Made by a program: the position numbers and the translations under genes
Source: Azolla caroliniana
Taxonomy: Eukaryota > Plantae > Polypodiophyta
Direction of reading: 5' to 3'
Assembly: GCA_043228905.1 (NCBI GenBank)
Contig: JBHGNT010000020.1
Coordinates: forward strand, 5,642,001 to 5,706,000
Length of the DNA: 64,000 bases
Part shown: piece by piece, positions 53,954-64,000 of the stretch
Numbering within the stretch: the first letter of the stretch is position 1
How the letters are laid out: every line of letters starts with the position of its first letter
The notes under the pieces: model-generated
Database searches by the model: none
Told to the model about the DNA's origin: nothing
The model's input: the letters and a program-made list of their open reading frames with translations, nothing else

Positions 53954-54457
53954 TGTTAGGAAACAGGTCCCTCCGGATGGGAAGTGAGAAGAACCGTGTT
54001 GATGAGCAACTCAGCCGAGGCCGAAACCGGAAATCGTGGAGATAGCCAACACGGAAGGCTAAACTTGTCAATAGTCAAAAGGATACATTAGTATATAAGT
54101 ACTTAGGGCAATCATGTTAGATGTGTGCGCTATTGAAAAGTTACTGTAGATGGGGTCGTTGCCTCTGTAACTGTGAGAGTGAACGAGTGTGAGTGGAAGC
54201 GTGTGAGCTCCATAGCCGCCTGTTGTCTAAACAGGATCTCGAGGTCGTTGCCTCTAAGATCTCTGATTGTATTCATTTCTCTCACAGTGTTATTTTTCAG
54301 AGTTTGTGGAATCCAGGTGGCTTTTTCCCTAGTTCGGGTTTCCACGTTAAAATCTGTGTCATTCTCAGTTTCTGTATTTTGTTTTTCCTTTCCATTAGAT
54401 TGAATATTATTCCACACACGTACAACCGGTTGTGGCCGGCAACGATTATTCCTTTCA
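53954..54457 (+). mobile_element. Solo copia LTR nested in the 3' LTR of gypsy F
   Basis: TGTTAGGAAACAGGTCCCTCCGGATGG...TTTCA; TSD GAAAA/AAAAA; absent from the 5' LTR (ggtaggtaaaaaagtagg at ~38345-38362). Confidence 0.92.
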
Positions 54458-55289
54458 AAAAAGTAGGTGAGGAAATAGGTAGTACTAAAATAGTTGAGTT
54501 TTGAGCCCTCACAATCAGTCGAAGGCTCGGCTCTGTGTAAAGAAGAAAACTATATAAGCCAAGACCTGCATACCTCGAGGGGGCAGATACATAGATTATT
54601 TAGTAGGATTAATATCGTAGCATGGAGCTTTGCACAAAACTATTTCCGGCCGAGAGCCATGTACTATAATCACTGTGAGCTTTCTCATTTAATATAAATC
54701 CCACTCTTAATGTTCCTTCATCTGTGTATTCTTCCCGTACTCATAAACCGAGCTACGTCTACATTTAGCGGGTTGTTGCCCGCCTGTGTACGCTCCTCGT
54801 TCCCATAACGTCTTCTCGGTGTAGAAGAGGCCTCCACGTAACACGACCCCTTGATACCGATAGCCTGTGGGCTCATCGAAGGTGTTTCCCCCCTAGAGAC
54901 GGTTAACACAATCTGGCACTACATGTATCAAGGGGTATAAGTGTTATCACTACAGATATTACTACAAGTATTTTAGGATGTGAAATTTTCAAATGTCTTA
55001 TATGCATTTTAGGATGTAGAACTATATTGTACGTCACAAAATTGTGTAAACATAGATGTTTTTTACAATATTATAGATATTTTTTAGAAAGGTAAATAAT
55101 TTTCAAATTCTAGAAGTATTTAACGTACTATATGTAAAATAGGTATTTTATGTACTTTACGTATTTTATAAGTATTTAACATATTAAGAAAACGTATTTA
55201 ACATATTTTTAAATTGGGAGGTACTATACGGGTATTAATACGTTAAATACGTATGGTATTCGTACCATACCTAACGTACCTAACAACCT

Positions 55290-56607
55290 TGGTCGCGGCC
55301 TTATCTTGCCGGCTTCCGGCGCCGCCATGACTCCCCCTGCTTCTAGAGGGTTTGGAATTGTTCCCGACATTTCGATTATGCCGTATGTTCTACTCTTTTC
55401 GGTCGCCTCCATTACGTGCCGATCCGCCTCGTCCGCCATGACCACGGGGCCTATCTCCCTCTGTGTACAACATCTTGCCGTCGACGTGCGTACTCGTCGA
55501 CGCACCCGCATGATTTTCCTCCACGAGCAACATTGACTGAAGCTTGAAGAACGAAGGCGTATTCTCCCTCATACAGACCACCGTTCAGAACACTCCGAAC
55601 ATTGACGCTAGCCCACAAAGACAACCTGCACCATTTCATCTTCCTCAACGTTCACGTTGACGAAGGCAAGAGAATCCCAGATTTCCTTGATTCAGGCCGT
55701 GTAATCGGCCACAAACAGATCTTTCTACTAGACATTGTTGAGCTCCTGTTTGAGCTGCAGCTTCCTAGCCGTTGTGCTAGCGGTGAAAATCTTCTTGAGA
55801 TTCGTCCACACGTCCTTTGGCGTCTTCTTGGCATCCTAATTATAGCTCAATAGTTGGGCGCTCACACAAGATGCAAAGCTATAGAGAACTCTGCTTGCCG
55901 CTTGTTCCCAAGCCGAAAAGTCCCTGTGTGTCGATTCGGGTGCTGTATCATTATCTCCTTGGACATAACTCCAGTAGCCATGACCAAGCAGGTACTGGTG
56001 CATTTTGTATGACCAAGATGCGTAGTTGCTCCTATCAGCTTCTTAGTCGATAGCGAGCTTCCCATTCCTATGTCCCTATTGTTGTCTTATCTTTTCCGAA
56101 AGCCAAGAATAACAACTCAATTGTGTCTCTATCGCAAGCTTTTCTATCGACTACAGAGGACTTCAACCCTCGTGCTCTGATACCATGTAAAAGAATACGT
56201 GTACGAAAGCATATGCGAAACACTGAGTATACAGTTCGGAGAACGACAGTTTGGTAAAGCATAGAAAACGCAGAGATGGAGATGGAGAGGGAGAGAGAGA
56301 GAGAGAGAGAGAGAGCAGACAACTCAGTTCTATTACAAAATAATGGCACTCTGTACATATTTCGTGCTCAGTGACCACCTTTTATACAAGCCTATCGGGT
56401 TGACACAAGTACTGACAGTACTTGACTGCTCATAAATGGGCCTACTACACTAACTCCCAAAATTATTCCTTATGAGGAATATCATACTAATGGCCTTTCG
56501 GTTTACGCACCGATACGGCCACGTTATGCATACTGTTTTATGCACCCAGTCTACACACTGGTTTACGCACTGTGTTACGCACCCAATGTTGAGCTTGTCA
56601 CATACCA
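55290..56607 (-). mobile_element. 5' part of copia element G (C/E-related): 5' LTR 56186-~56607, PBS, degraded gag
   Basis: PBS TGGTATCAGAGC 56174-56185; RENTPSFFKLQSMLLVEENHAGASTSTH; LTR similar to 60155-60538. Confidence 0.85.
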
Positions 56608-57250
56608 ATTGACAGAGCTATCAAAGAGAAAGAGGGCACTCTAAAACAAGTGGGTATACAAGTTGAAACTAGGAGATGCCGGAAATCCACCGAGGTATAA
56701 AGCCCTCATTGTGGTGAAGGACTTCCAGCAGAAGAAAGGAGTGAATTTCGATGAGATCATTGCCCTAGTAGTGAAGGTGAAATCCATCCAGATAGTGTTG
56801 AGCATAGCGGCAAGGATGGACTTTGAGGTCGAGCAATTAGATGTCAAGATTGCATTCTTACACAGTGACCTCGCGGAGGAAATCTACATGTAGCAGCTGG
56901 AAGGATTCATCAAGAAAGGGAAGGAGAACCTGGTGTGCCGGTTGAAGAAGAGCTTATACGGATTGAAGCAAGCTCCCTGACAATGGCACTAGAAGTTTGA
57001 CTACTTCATAACGGAGCATGGGTGCCACAAGACGCAGGCTAACCATTGTCTGTTTGTGAAGAAGTTTGTTGTTGTATGTTGACGACAAGTTGATCATCAG
57101 ACGGGACTGTATCAAAATCGGGATGCTGAACAAGGCCTTGAGCAAGTCCTTCTCAATGAAAGATATGGGTTCGGCAAGGCAAATCTTAGGAATGCAAATA
57201 GTCTAGGAACAGATGAAGAAGCTATTGTGGCTGTCACAGGAGAAGTATGT
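56608..57250 (+). pseudogene. Copia RT fragment H (A family)
   Basis: NKWVYKLKLGDAGNPPRYK...QLDVKIAFLH...YVDD...WLSQEKYV, cut by an insertion at 57251. Confidence 0.88.
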
Positions 57251-57760
57251 TGTCACGGATTTCCGCGACTATGTGTTGGAATGGGGCAGGACCACCGGGG
57301 TCTCGGACCAAGGATTCAGTGAGAGAAGAAAGGTGGTATGGATCGATGTCCGGATAGCTTCGTCGAATCGGTTTTCGGATGCATATCCGATCCGGAACGA
57401 TTCCCGAATGTCGGGTGGTGAGCGCATAGGCTCGGAGATGTGTATTATTCCAGACCGGATACCGAATAACAGTGATGACCTCACGGGCCCAGAAACTCGG
57501 GCATGCACACACAACAGAAACAGAACGGGATAAGAACACGAGCTCGGGGTACGGCGAACACACAACAAATAGGAACAACACAGAAATATCTGAACACAAG
57601 AAGAGACTCAACAAAATACTAATGATTAACAGAGAACCAGAAAAGAGTACAAACGGACACGACCGACAACAGCTCTTCGAGCTCCTCACACATACACACA
57701 TGATAGTGAGCCACCGATTGGGTGCACATCGGCTACGTATGCAAAACGGAGGTCCCACTG
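57251..57760 (-). mobile_element. Gypsy-type LTR fragment
   Basis: Begins TGTCACGG exactly where RT H stops; resembles the 29933 end; cut by the LTR at 57761. Confidence 0.5.
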
Positions 57761-60154
57761 TGTTAGGAATCGAGGGGGGATCGACCGGTTACACGTTCGT
57801 ATTCGTGTGCATAAATCAAGAACTAGTCCGCAGACCGAAAAAAAACGTGAAGTCACAGAGACACCGATATTTTACGTCGAAAACCTGAAATGGGAAAAAC
57901 CATGGGGTCCACAAACCCCAAGAAAAAACAGATCATTGTGGTAGAGAGGAAGTACAAATACGGAACTCGAAGGCAACGACCTCGAGTTCTCCTTCGTCTG
58001 ACAGACGGCTACCAAGTTACCCTCTCACTCACAGTTATAGAGGCAACTACCTCGTTCTAACTTTTACAATAATGATCAACTACACCTTTTCTAAAGTTTG
58101 CCCTAGGTGCTTATAAACAAAAGCAACTTTCTGGCTATTTACAAGTATAGCCCCCAAGTGGCATTCTAGACTATTTACAGTTGTAGTCTTCTAAAACGAT
58201 TTCGGTTTTCGATTTCGATTTTGGTTTCAGATTCGGCCTCGGCCGAGTTACTCACCAAATCGATTATTCTCCTCCCATCCGGAGAGACCTGTTTCCCAAC
58301 AAGCTCCCCCTTCACTCTGAGATGGGGTACTTCACCAAACCGGCTCTCTATCGGCGCGCGTTTAGCTTTTCGGCTGACAGCACCTTCGTCAGCATATCCG
58401 ATCCATTTTCTGCCGTGTGGATATTCACTAGAGCAAAACTCCTTTTCTTCTACTCGCTCTCGGAGCCAACGATATCTTCTCTAGATGTCTTTGGTCCTCG
58501 AGTGGTAGGCAGCATTTTTCGCAAGGTGAATGAAACTCTGGTTATTGCAATGGAGTTGGATTTCCTCCTGCCAAATTCCCAATTCACCGATAAACTCCTT
58601 CATCCATATGATTTCCTTGCCGGCTTCCACTGCGGCCAGATATTCGGCTTCTGTGGTCAACAATACCATGGCCTTCTGCAACCTTGACTGCCACAAAACA
58701 GCTCCCGCTACATAAGTCATTACGTACCCGAACATAGATCGGTTGGTATCCACATCAATCGACATGCCCGAGTCAGTATAACCTTCCAGTGTGGGGTTAC
58801 CTAAACCGAAACGAAGACACATGTTCGAGGTGCCTTTTAGGTACCGAAGTATCCACTTCACAGCAATCCAATGCTCTCTTTCGGGGTTGCTCATATATCG
58901 GCTAACCACGCCGACTGCGTATCCTATGTCCGTCCTGGTACATACCATCACATAGATCAAGCTTCCGACTACCGAGGCATAAGGGACTTTTCACATCTCG
59001 GCCTTCTCGGTTCTCGATTTCGGACCTTGTTCTTTGCTTAGCCTACAGTTCGTCCGCAATGTCAAGCCAACCGGTTTTGCACTTTCCATGCCAAATCTCT
59101 AGAGCATCTTTGTCACATTTTTTTCTTGTGACAGCCACACCAATTTCTTTGTTTGATCCTGAACAACGTGCATCCCCAGGATTTGCTTTGTCAGACCCAT
59201 ATAATTCATCGAGAACGATCTACTCAAGGCCTTCTTCAGCACTCAGATCTTCGTATGGTCTTGTTCGACAATCAACATGTCTTCCACATACAACGGGAGG
59301 ATGAGGACATCTCCTCTATCGAATTTCTTCACAAATACGCTGTGACCGGCCTACATTTTGTGGTACCCATTTTCGGTCATGAAGGATTCGAATTTTTGGT
59401 ACCATCGCCAAGGTGCTTGCTTCAGCCCGTACAAGCTCTTCCTTAATCGGCATACCATGTTCTCTTTACCTTTCTCCACAAATCCTTCCGGCTAGTGCAT
59501 ATAGATCTCCTCTTCGAGATCACCATGCAGAAATGTCGTTTTGACATCCACTTGTTCGACTTCGAGATCAATGTTGGCCGCAATGCTCAGCACGGTTCGA
59601 ATTGACGTCATCTTCACAACCGGGGCAAATATTTCGTCGAAATCGACACCCTTCTTCTGCTGAAAGCCTTTCACGACGATTCGTGCTTTGTACTTGGGTG
59701 GATTCCCACCATCTCCTGGTTTCAACTTGTATACCCATTTATTCCAAAGTGCCTTATTTCCTCTCAGTAGTTTGGTTAGTTCATATGTGTGGTTCTCATT
59801 CAAGGAATCCATGTCCTCTTGAATGGCACTCAACCACCTTCATTCTGGGTATCTTCCTTAGCTTCTTTAAAGCTTTCTGGCTCCCCCTCATCGGTTAACA
59901 GTACACGCTCTTCATCCGGAAATCTTCGGGGGGCCTCCTTTCTCTTAGGGGTATCTTCGGCCTCCATTTGGCACGGTCAATTCTTCTTCGACTTCTTTGG
60001 TTGAGTCGAATTCGGTTCCTTGTTCGGCCATTTCCCCTCGTTCTTCAGTCAGTTCTCGATTTTGCCGACTATTAAATCGGCCGATTAGCTCGATTTCGAT
60101 TTCGATCAAATCAGCTTCTACTTGATTCGGCCGAGCGTCGACTCGGTTCGATTC
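57761..60154 (-). mobile_element. 3' part of copia element I: 3' LTR 57761-58301, PPT, RNase H and RT
   Basis: PPT GAGTGAAGGGGGAG 58303-58317; ORFs 58481-58960 and 59492-59833; interrupted by J at 60155. Confidence 0.9.
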
Positions 60155-63100
60155 TGTAAAAGTTCTGCGGAAGCGTGTGTGTAAACGCAGAGTAGTTCAG
60201 TAAACACAGAAAACACAAAGATGGAGATGGAGAGATTGAGACACTATATATCAAATTCAAAATAATTCTTTGTTCTGTACATACTTCGTGCTTAGTGAGC
60301 ACCTTATATACAAGCCCTGACAATCGGGCTGACACAAGTACTGACAATACTTGAATGCTCATAAATGAGCCGACTACATAAACTCCCAAAATTATTCCTT
60401 TACGAGGAATAACGCTCTAACGGCCTCTTCGGTTTTCACACCGATGCGGCCCTGTTGTGCGTACTTTTTCACGCACCCAATCTACGCACTGGGTTACGCT
60501 GCGTACTTCGCACCGAATGTTGAGCTTGTCTCTCAACACTCCCCATCAAGCTCAACTTGAGGTTCCACCTGCTCCGCCAAATCTACACTCCGGTTCCTTC
60601 TAGCTTCACGTCTCACTTGCGCTCCTCGACCCGTTCGATTCTGCGCACTTCGACCCTTTCGATCGGCTTGTCTGCTCGTTCGGCCCTTCTCAGCTCCCTT
60701 GCCATCATGGTATTGGCGCCTCTTCTGCTGCCTTCTCTTCCGCTTGGCCCTTGGTTGATTTGGCGTATCTGAATCGAACATACCGATTGAATCGAACTCT
60801 TCTGATTCAATTTCACTCTCATTCGAATTGGCTGTTTCCAATTCGTCCTCAATCTTCAGGCCCCTGACAACATCCGACCACGTCCTAGTCTTGGCCTTAT
60901 CTCCCCCTGTTTCGGCTTTCCTCGACTCCTTCTTATGCTTACGGCCCTTGTTTCCGTCTTCGACTTCTTCAGCAGGTTCGAAGTCAAATTCTCCATCCAA
61001 CTCCGCATCTCGGTCGCTTCCATCATGATGCTTACCTTCACTCCTTTCACGCTCTTGTCCCTGTTCTTCCTTTCTCCCCATCAAGTTCGGCATGTCGAGG
61101 TGACACAACCTGAGCGCACCCGAGAAATGTCGTAACTTGTCGAGACCAAGAGGTTTTGTGAAGATGTCGGCAATCTGCCGATCAGTCGAAACATGCACCA
61201 ATTCGACTTCACCTGAATGGACCCGCTCGTGGACAAAATGGTAATGCACCTCAATGTGCTTGGTCTGGGTGTGGAACACGGGGTTTTTTGCAAGGTGGAT
61301 ACTGCTGAGGTTGTCACAAAAGATCATCGTCGGATCAGGCACCTCTATATGCAGATCCCGTAATAGTCGTTTTAGCCAAATGACTTCGCACGTAGCGACA
61401 GTCGCCCCTCAATATTCGGCCTCTGTGCTCGACAGTACTACTGTCGGCTACTTCTTGCTACTCCATGCGATCACCGCATTTCCCAATGAGAATGCATATC
61501 CAGATGTGAATCGACGATCGTGGGCGTTTCCGACCCAATCGGCATCCGTGTAGCCGACTAACTGTTCGGCTATGTCTACCCGATAAAACAACGCCAAGTC
61601 TTTCGTGCCACTTACATAACACAATATCCGTTGCGCGCACTAAAAGTGTTCGGCCGTAGGCTGCGACATGAATTGACTGATCATGCCAACCAGGTAACTG
61701 AGGTCCAGCCGAGTAATAGCCAAATAGATGAGGCTTCCGACAATCTATCGGAACCGTGTCGAGTCGCACGCCTTTCCCGAATCTCGACGAAGTTTTACGT
61801 TTTTGTCCAGAGGGGTCAAGATGGGCTTACAGTCTCCCATCCCGAACTTGAAGATCATATTCAGCATGTAATGACACTGACTAATCAATATGCCTTTGGG
61901 GTTGCGGATCACTTCGATCCCGAGGAATCAATGAAGGTCATCAAGTTCCTTCATTTCGAATGATGCTGCAAGTTGAGACTTTGCGCAGTGGATTTTGTCA
62001 AGGTCAGCACCGGCGATGACTAAATCATCAACGTACAAGAGCAGGCTAACCTGTCCATATTGTCTTTGCTGAACAAATACAAAAGAGTCTGATTTCGACG
62101 GCGCAAACCCCATCCTACGCAACCATTGCGTAATCTTTGCGTTCAATGGTTGCGGGGCTTGCTTTAGTCCGTATAAGGATTTCTTCAATCGGCAAACTGC
62201 CGAGGTGTTTTGTTCGGATAGAAATCCGAGGGGTTGTACCATGTATACCTATTCCTCAAGATCGCCTTGTAGTAACGCATTCTTTACATCCATCTGATAT
62301 AAGTGTCACTCCTTTGCCGCTGGTACGGCTAGTAGGACTCACACAGTAGTCATCTTCGCGATAGGTACGAAGGTCTCGTCATAGTCCACGTCGTGCTTCT
62401 ACGCATAGCCTTTTGCTACTAAACGGGCCTTGTAGCGGTTGACGGAGCCGTCCGCGTTGTGTTTCACTTTATACACCCACCGGCAGCCGATCGACTTCAC
62501 ACCCTTCGTTGCGTCAACCAGGTCCCATGTCTCGTTCTGCGTTAAGGCGCACATCTCTTCCTCCATCGCGGCACGCCAATTTGTGTCTCTCGCCGCTTCT
62601 GCATAGCTCTCCGGCTCACGCACTTACGCCACTCGCTTCATGTACGCGTAATGGTGCGCCATGTATTCATTATACCCGTACCTCTTTACGAGGTTCTTTT
62701 GGCGGGTAGATCGGCATAAGTCATGATTACCCGATTTAACGAACTTTTCGGCTGATTTTGACCTCTTCCGTGGAGGTTTCTTTACGATCGGCTCGATGTC
62801 AGATTCGTTTCGAACTATCTCAGCGCTTCTTCTTGCCCTTCTCCTTGCGCGTAAACGGTCTCCTCAATTCTTTACGCAGGGACATCACAGCTGAGTCTCC
62901 ACTACTTGCCGTCTCATCATTTGGTTGGCCATCTCGGCCCAACCTTTCATTCAGCCCGCTTAGCCGAAATGAGATCGAACTCTCTCTCAGAGCTTCGACG
63001 TCCTCATCATGCGGAGGCATTTCAGCCTCGTTGATCTCTTCTTCAGAAATCGGAATGGAGTCTTGCGGTACTGGAGGTGAAGGCAAGTACCACGGAGCGG

Positions 63101-64000
63101 ATTCATCAAACACGACATCTCGACTTATGTGTACTTCCTTTGTTCGGGGGTTATAACATTTATACCCCTTCTGCTCATCTGAATAGCCGACCAAAATACA
63201 TTTCTCGGCCTTGGCATCCAGCTTCCTCCTCTTCTCCTTCGGCACGTGCACATACGTGATGCTGCCGAAAACCCTCAAGTGTGCCAACTTCGGTTTCTTT
63301 CCTAAATACAACTCATGTGGCGACACTCCTCCATTAACAGAAGTCCGATTCTGCAACTACACAGCCGTTCTCATGGCTTCGGCCCAATAAAATTTTGGCA
63401 TATGCTTCTCTTCAAGTATTTCCCTGGTCGCTTCTTCAATAGTCCAATTCTTCAGCTCGAATTTGCGTATATCTACATGAGAATTTGCGTCGAATTCCCT
63501 CCTTCCGTAGATAACATGTGAACTGGTCGGAGAAGTACTCCTTCCCGCCATCGGACCGTAGGCATTTGATCTTACGCCCCGTTTCCCTTTCCGCAAGGCT
63601 CTTCACCTTTAGGAAACATGCGAAGACTTCACTCTTCTTCGTGATCGTGCATACCCACGAGTGTCGAGTGAAGTCGTCGATGAAGGTTACAAAGTAACGG
63701 CTTCCACCGAGACTCACATTCTGTGTTGGTCCCCACACATCCGAATGGATCAAGTCCAACGGTCTTCGACTACGATTACGCTCATTGGGGAATGGAAGTC
63801 GGCGTTGTTTTCCCATCTGACAAGCTTCGTAGACTTGGCCATTACGGCCCCGGAATTTAGGCAAGCCGAAAACAATGTTCTTCGTCTACATCTCACGAAG
63901 CCATGGGAAGTTTACATGGCTGAACCGCTTGTGCCATAGGTCGATATCCGATTCAACCTTTTTTCCTTTCGCGTACAACGCGGTGTCGTGCCTTTCGGCT
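60155..64000 (-). mobile_element. Copia element J (C/E-related): 3' LTR 60155-60538, RNase H + tail, RT, integrase; continues beyond window
   Basis: TGTAAAAG...TCTCAACA LTR on the + strand, PPT-like TTGATGGGGAG, YVDD, HSDVWGP, RSDGGKEY. Confidence 0.93.

Larger units (their letters stand above)
38268..54918 (+). mobile_element. Ty3/gypsy element F (non-chromovirus, Athila/Tat-related), LTRs ~38268-38810 and ~53887-54918
   Basis: Two matching LTR copies (tgttgtccatagg...gagacggttaacacaat.tggca); PBS TGGCACGCCCGGT 38806-38818; order gag-PR-RT-RH-INT; no TSD found. The LTR start could alternatively be 38298/53894. Confidence 0.9.

Noticed and set aside
54920-55290. AT-rich stretch with short palindromes as a Helitron/MITE
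   Set aside because: No diagnostic termini; low complexity.
57752-57760. GTCCCACTG as another inverted PBS
   Set aside because: Only 9 nt and cut by an insertion; may be chance.

Overview
Repeat-rich land-plant nuclear DNA (a fern or other seed-free vascular plant is a guess, not shown by the sequence). It contains one apparently intact host gene, a 10-exon Lzipper-MIP1 + DUF547 protein at ~5856-9666 (+). The rest is mostly a nested stack of retrotransposons. There are at least eight Ty1/copia copies from three related groups (A/D/H/I, B, C/E/G/J) and one large non-chromovirus Ty3/gypsy element (38268-54918) with an extra downstream ORF and three insertions inside it. There are also several solo LTRs, a LINE remnant, a PPR-like pseudogene and tandem arrays. 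Most unusual observations: (1) The gypsy element shows no polypurine tract. A tRNA-3'-end copy (reverse complement of its own PBS) sits in front of the 3' LTR, and both LTRs are bounded by TGCCA...TGGCA, which hints at tRNA priming of both strands. (2) A covarying palindrome surrounds the TATA box in six copia LTRs and is deleted from the 5' LTR of the youngest element. (3) A gag/pol mosaic exists between copia families. (4) Solo-LTR and full-length states of the same insertion lie in tandem. (5) A conserved charged tail extends Pol beyond RNase H. All alignments were done by eye and no database searches were run.
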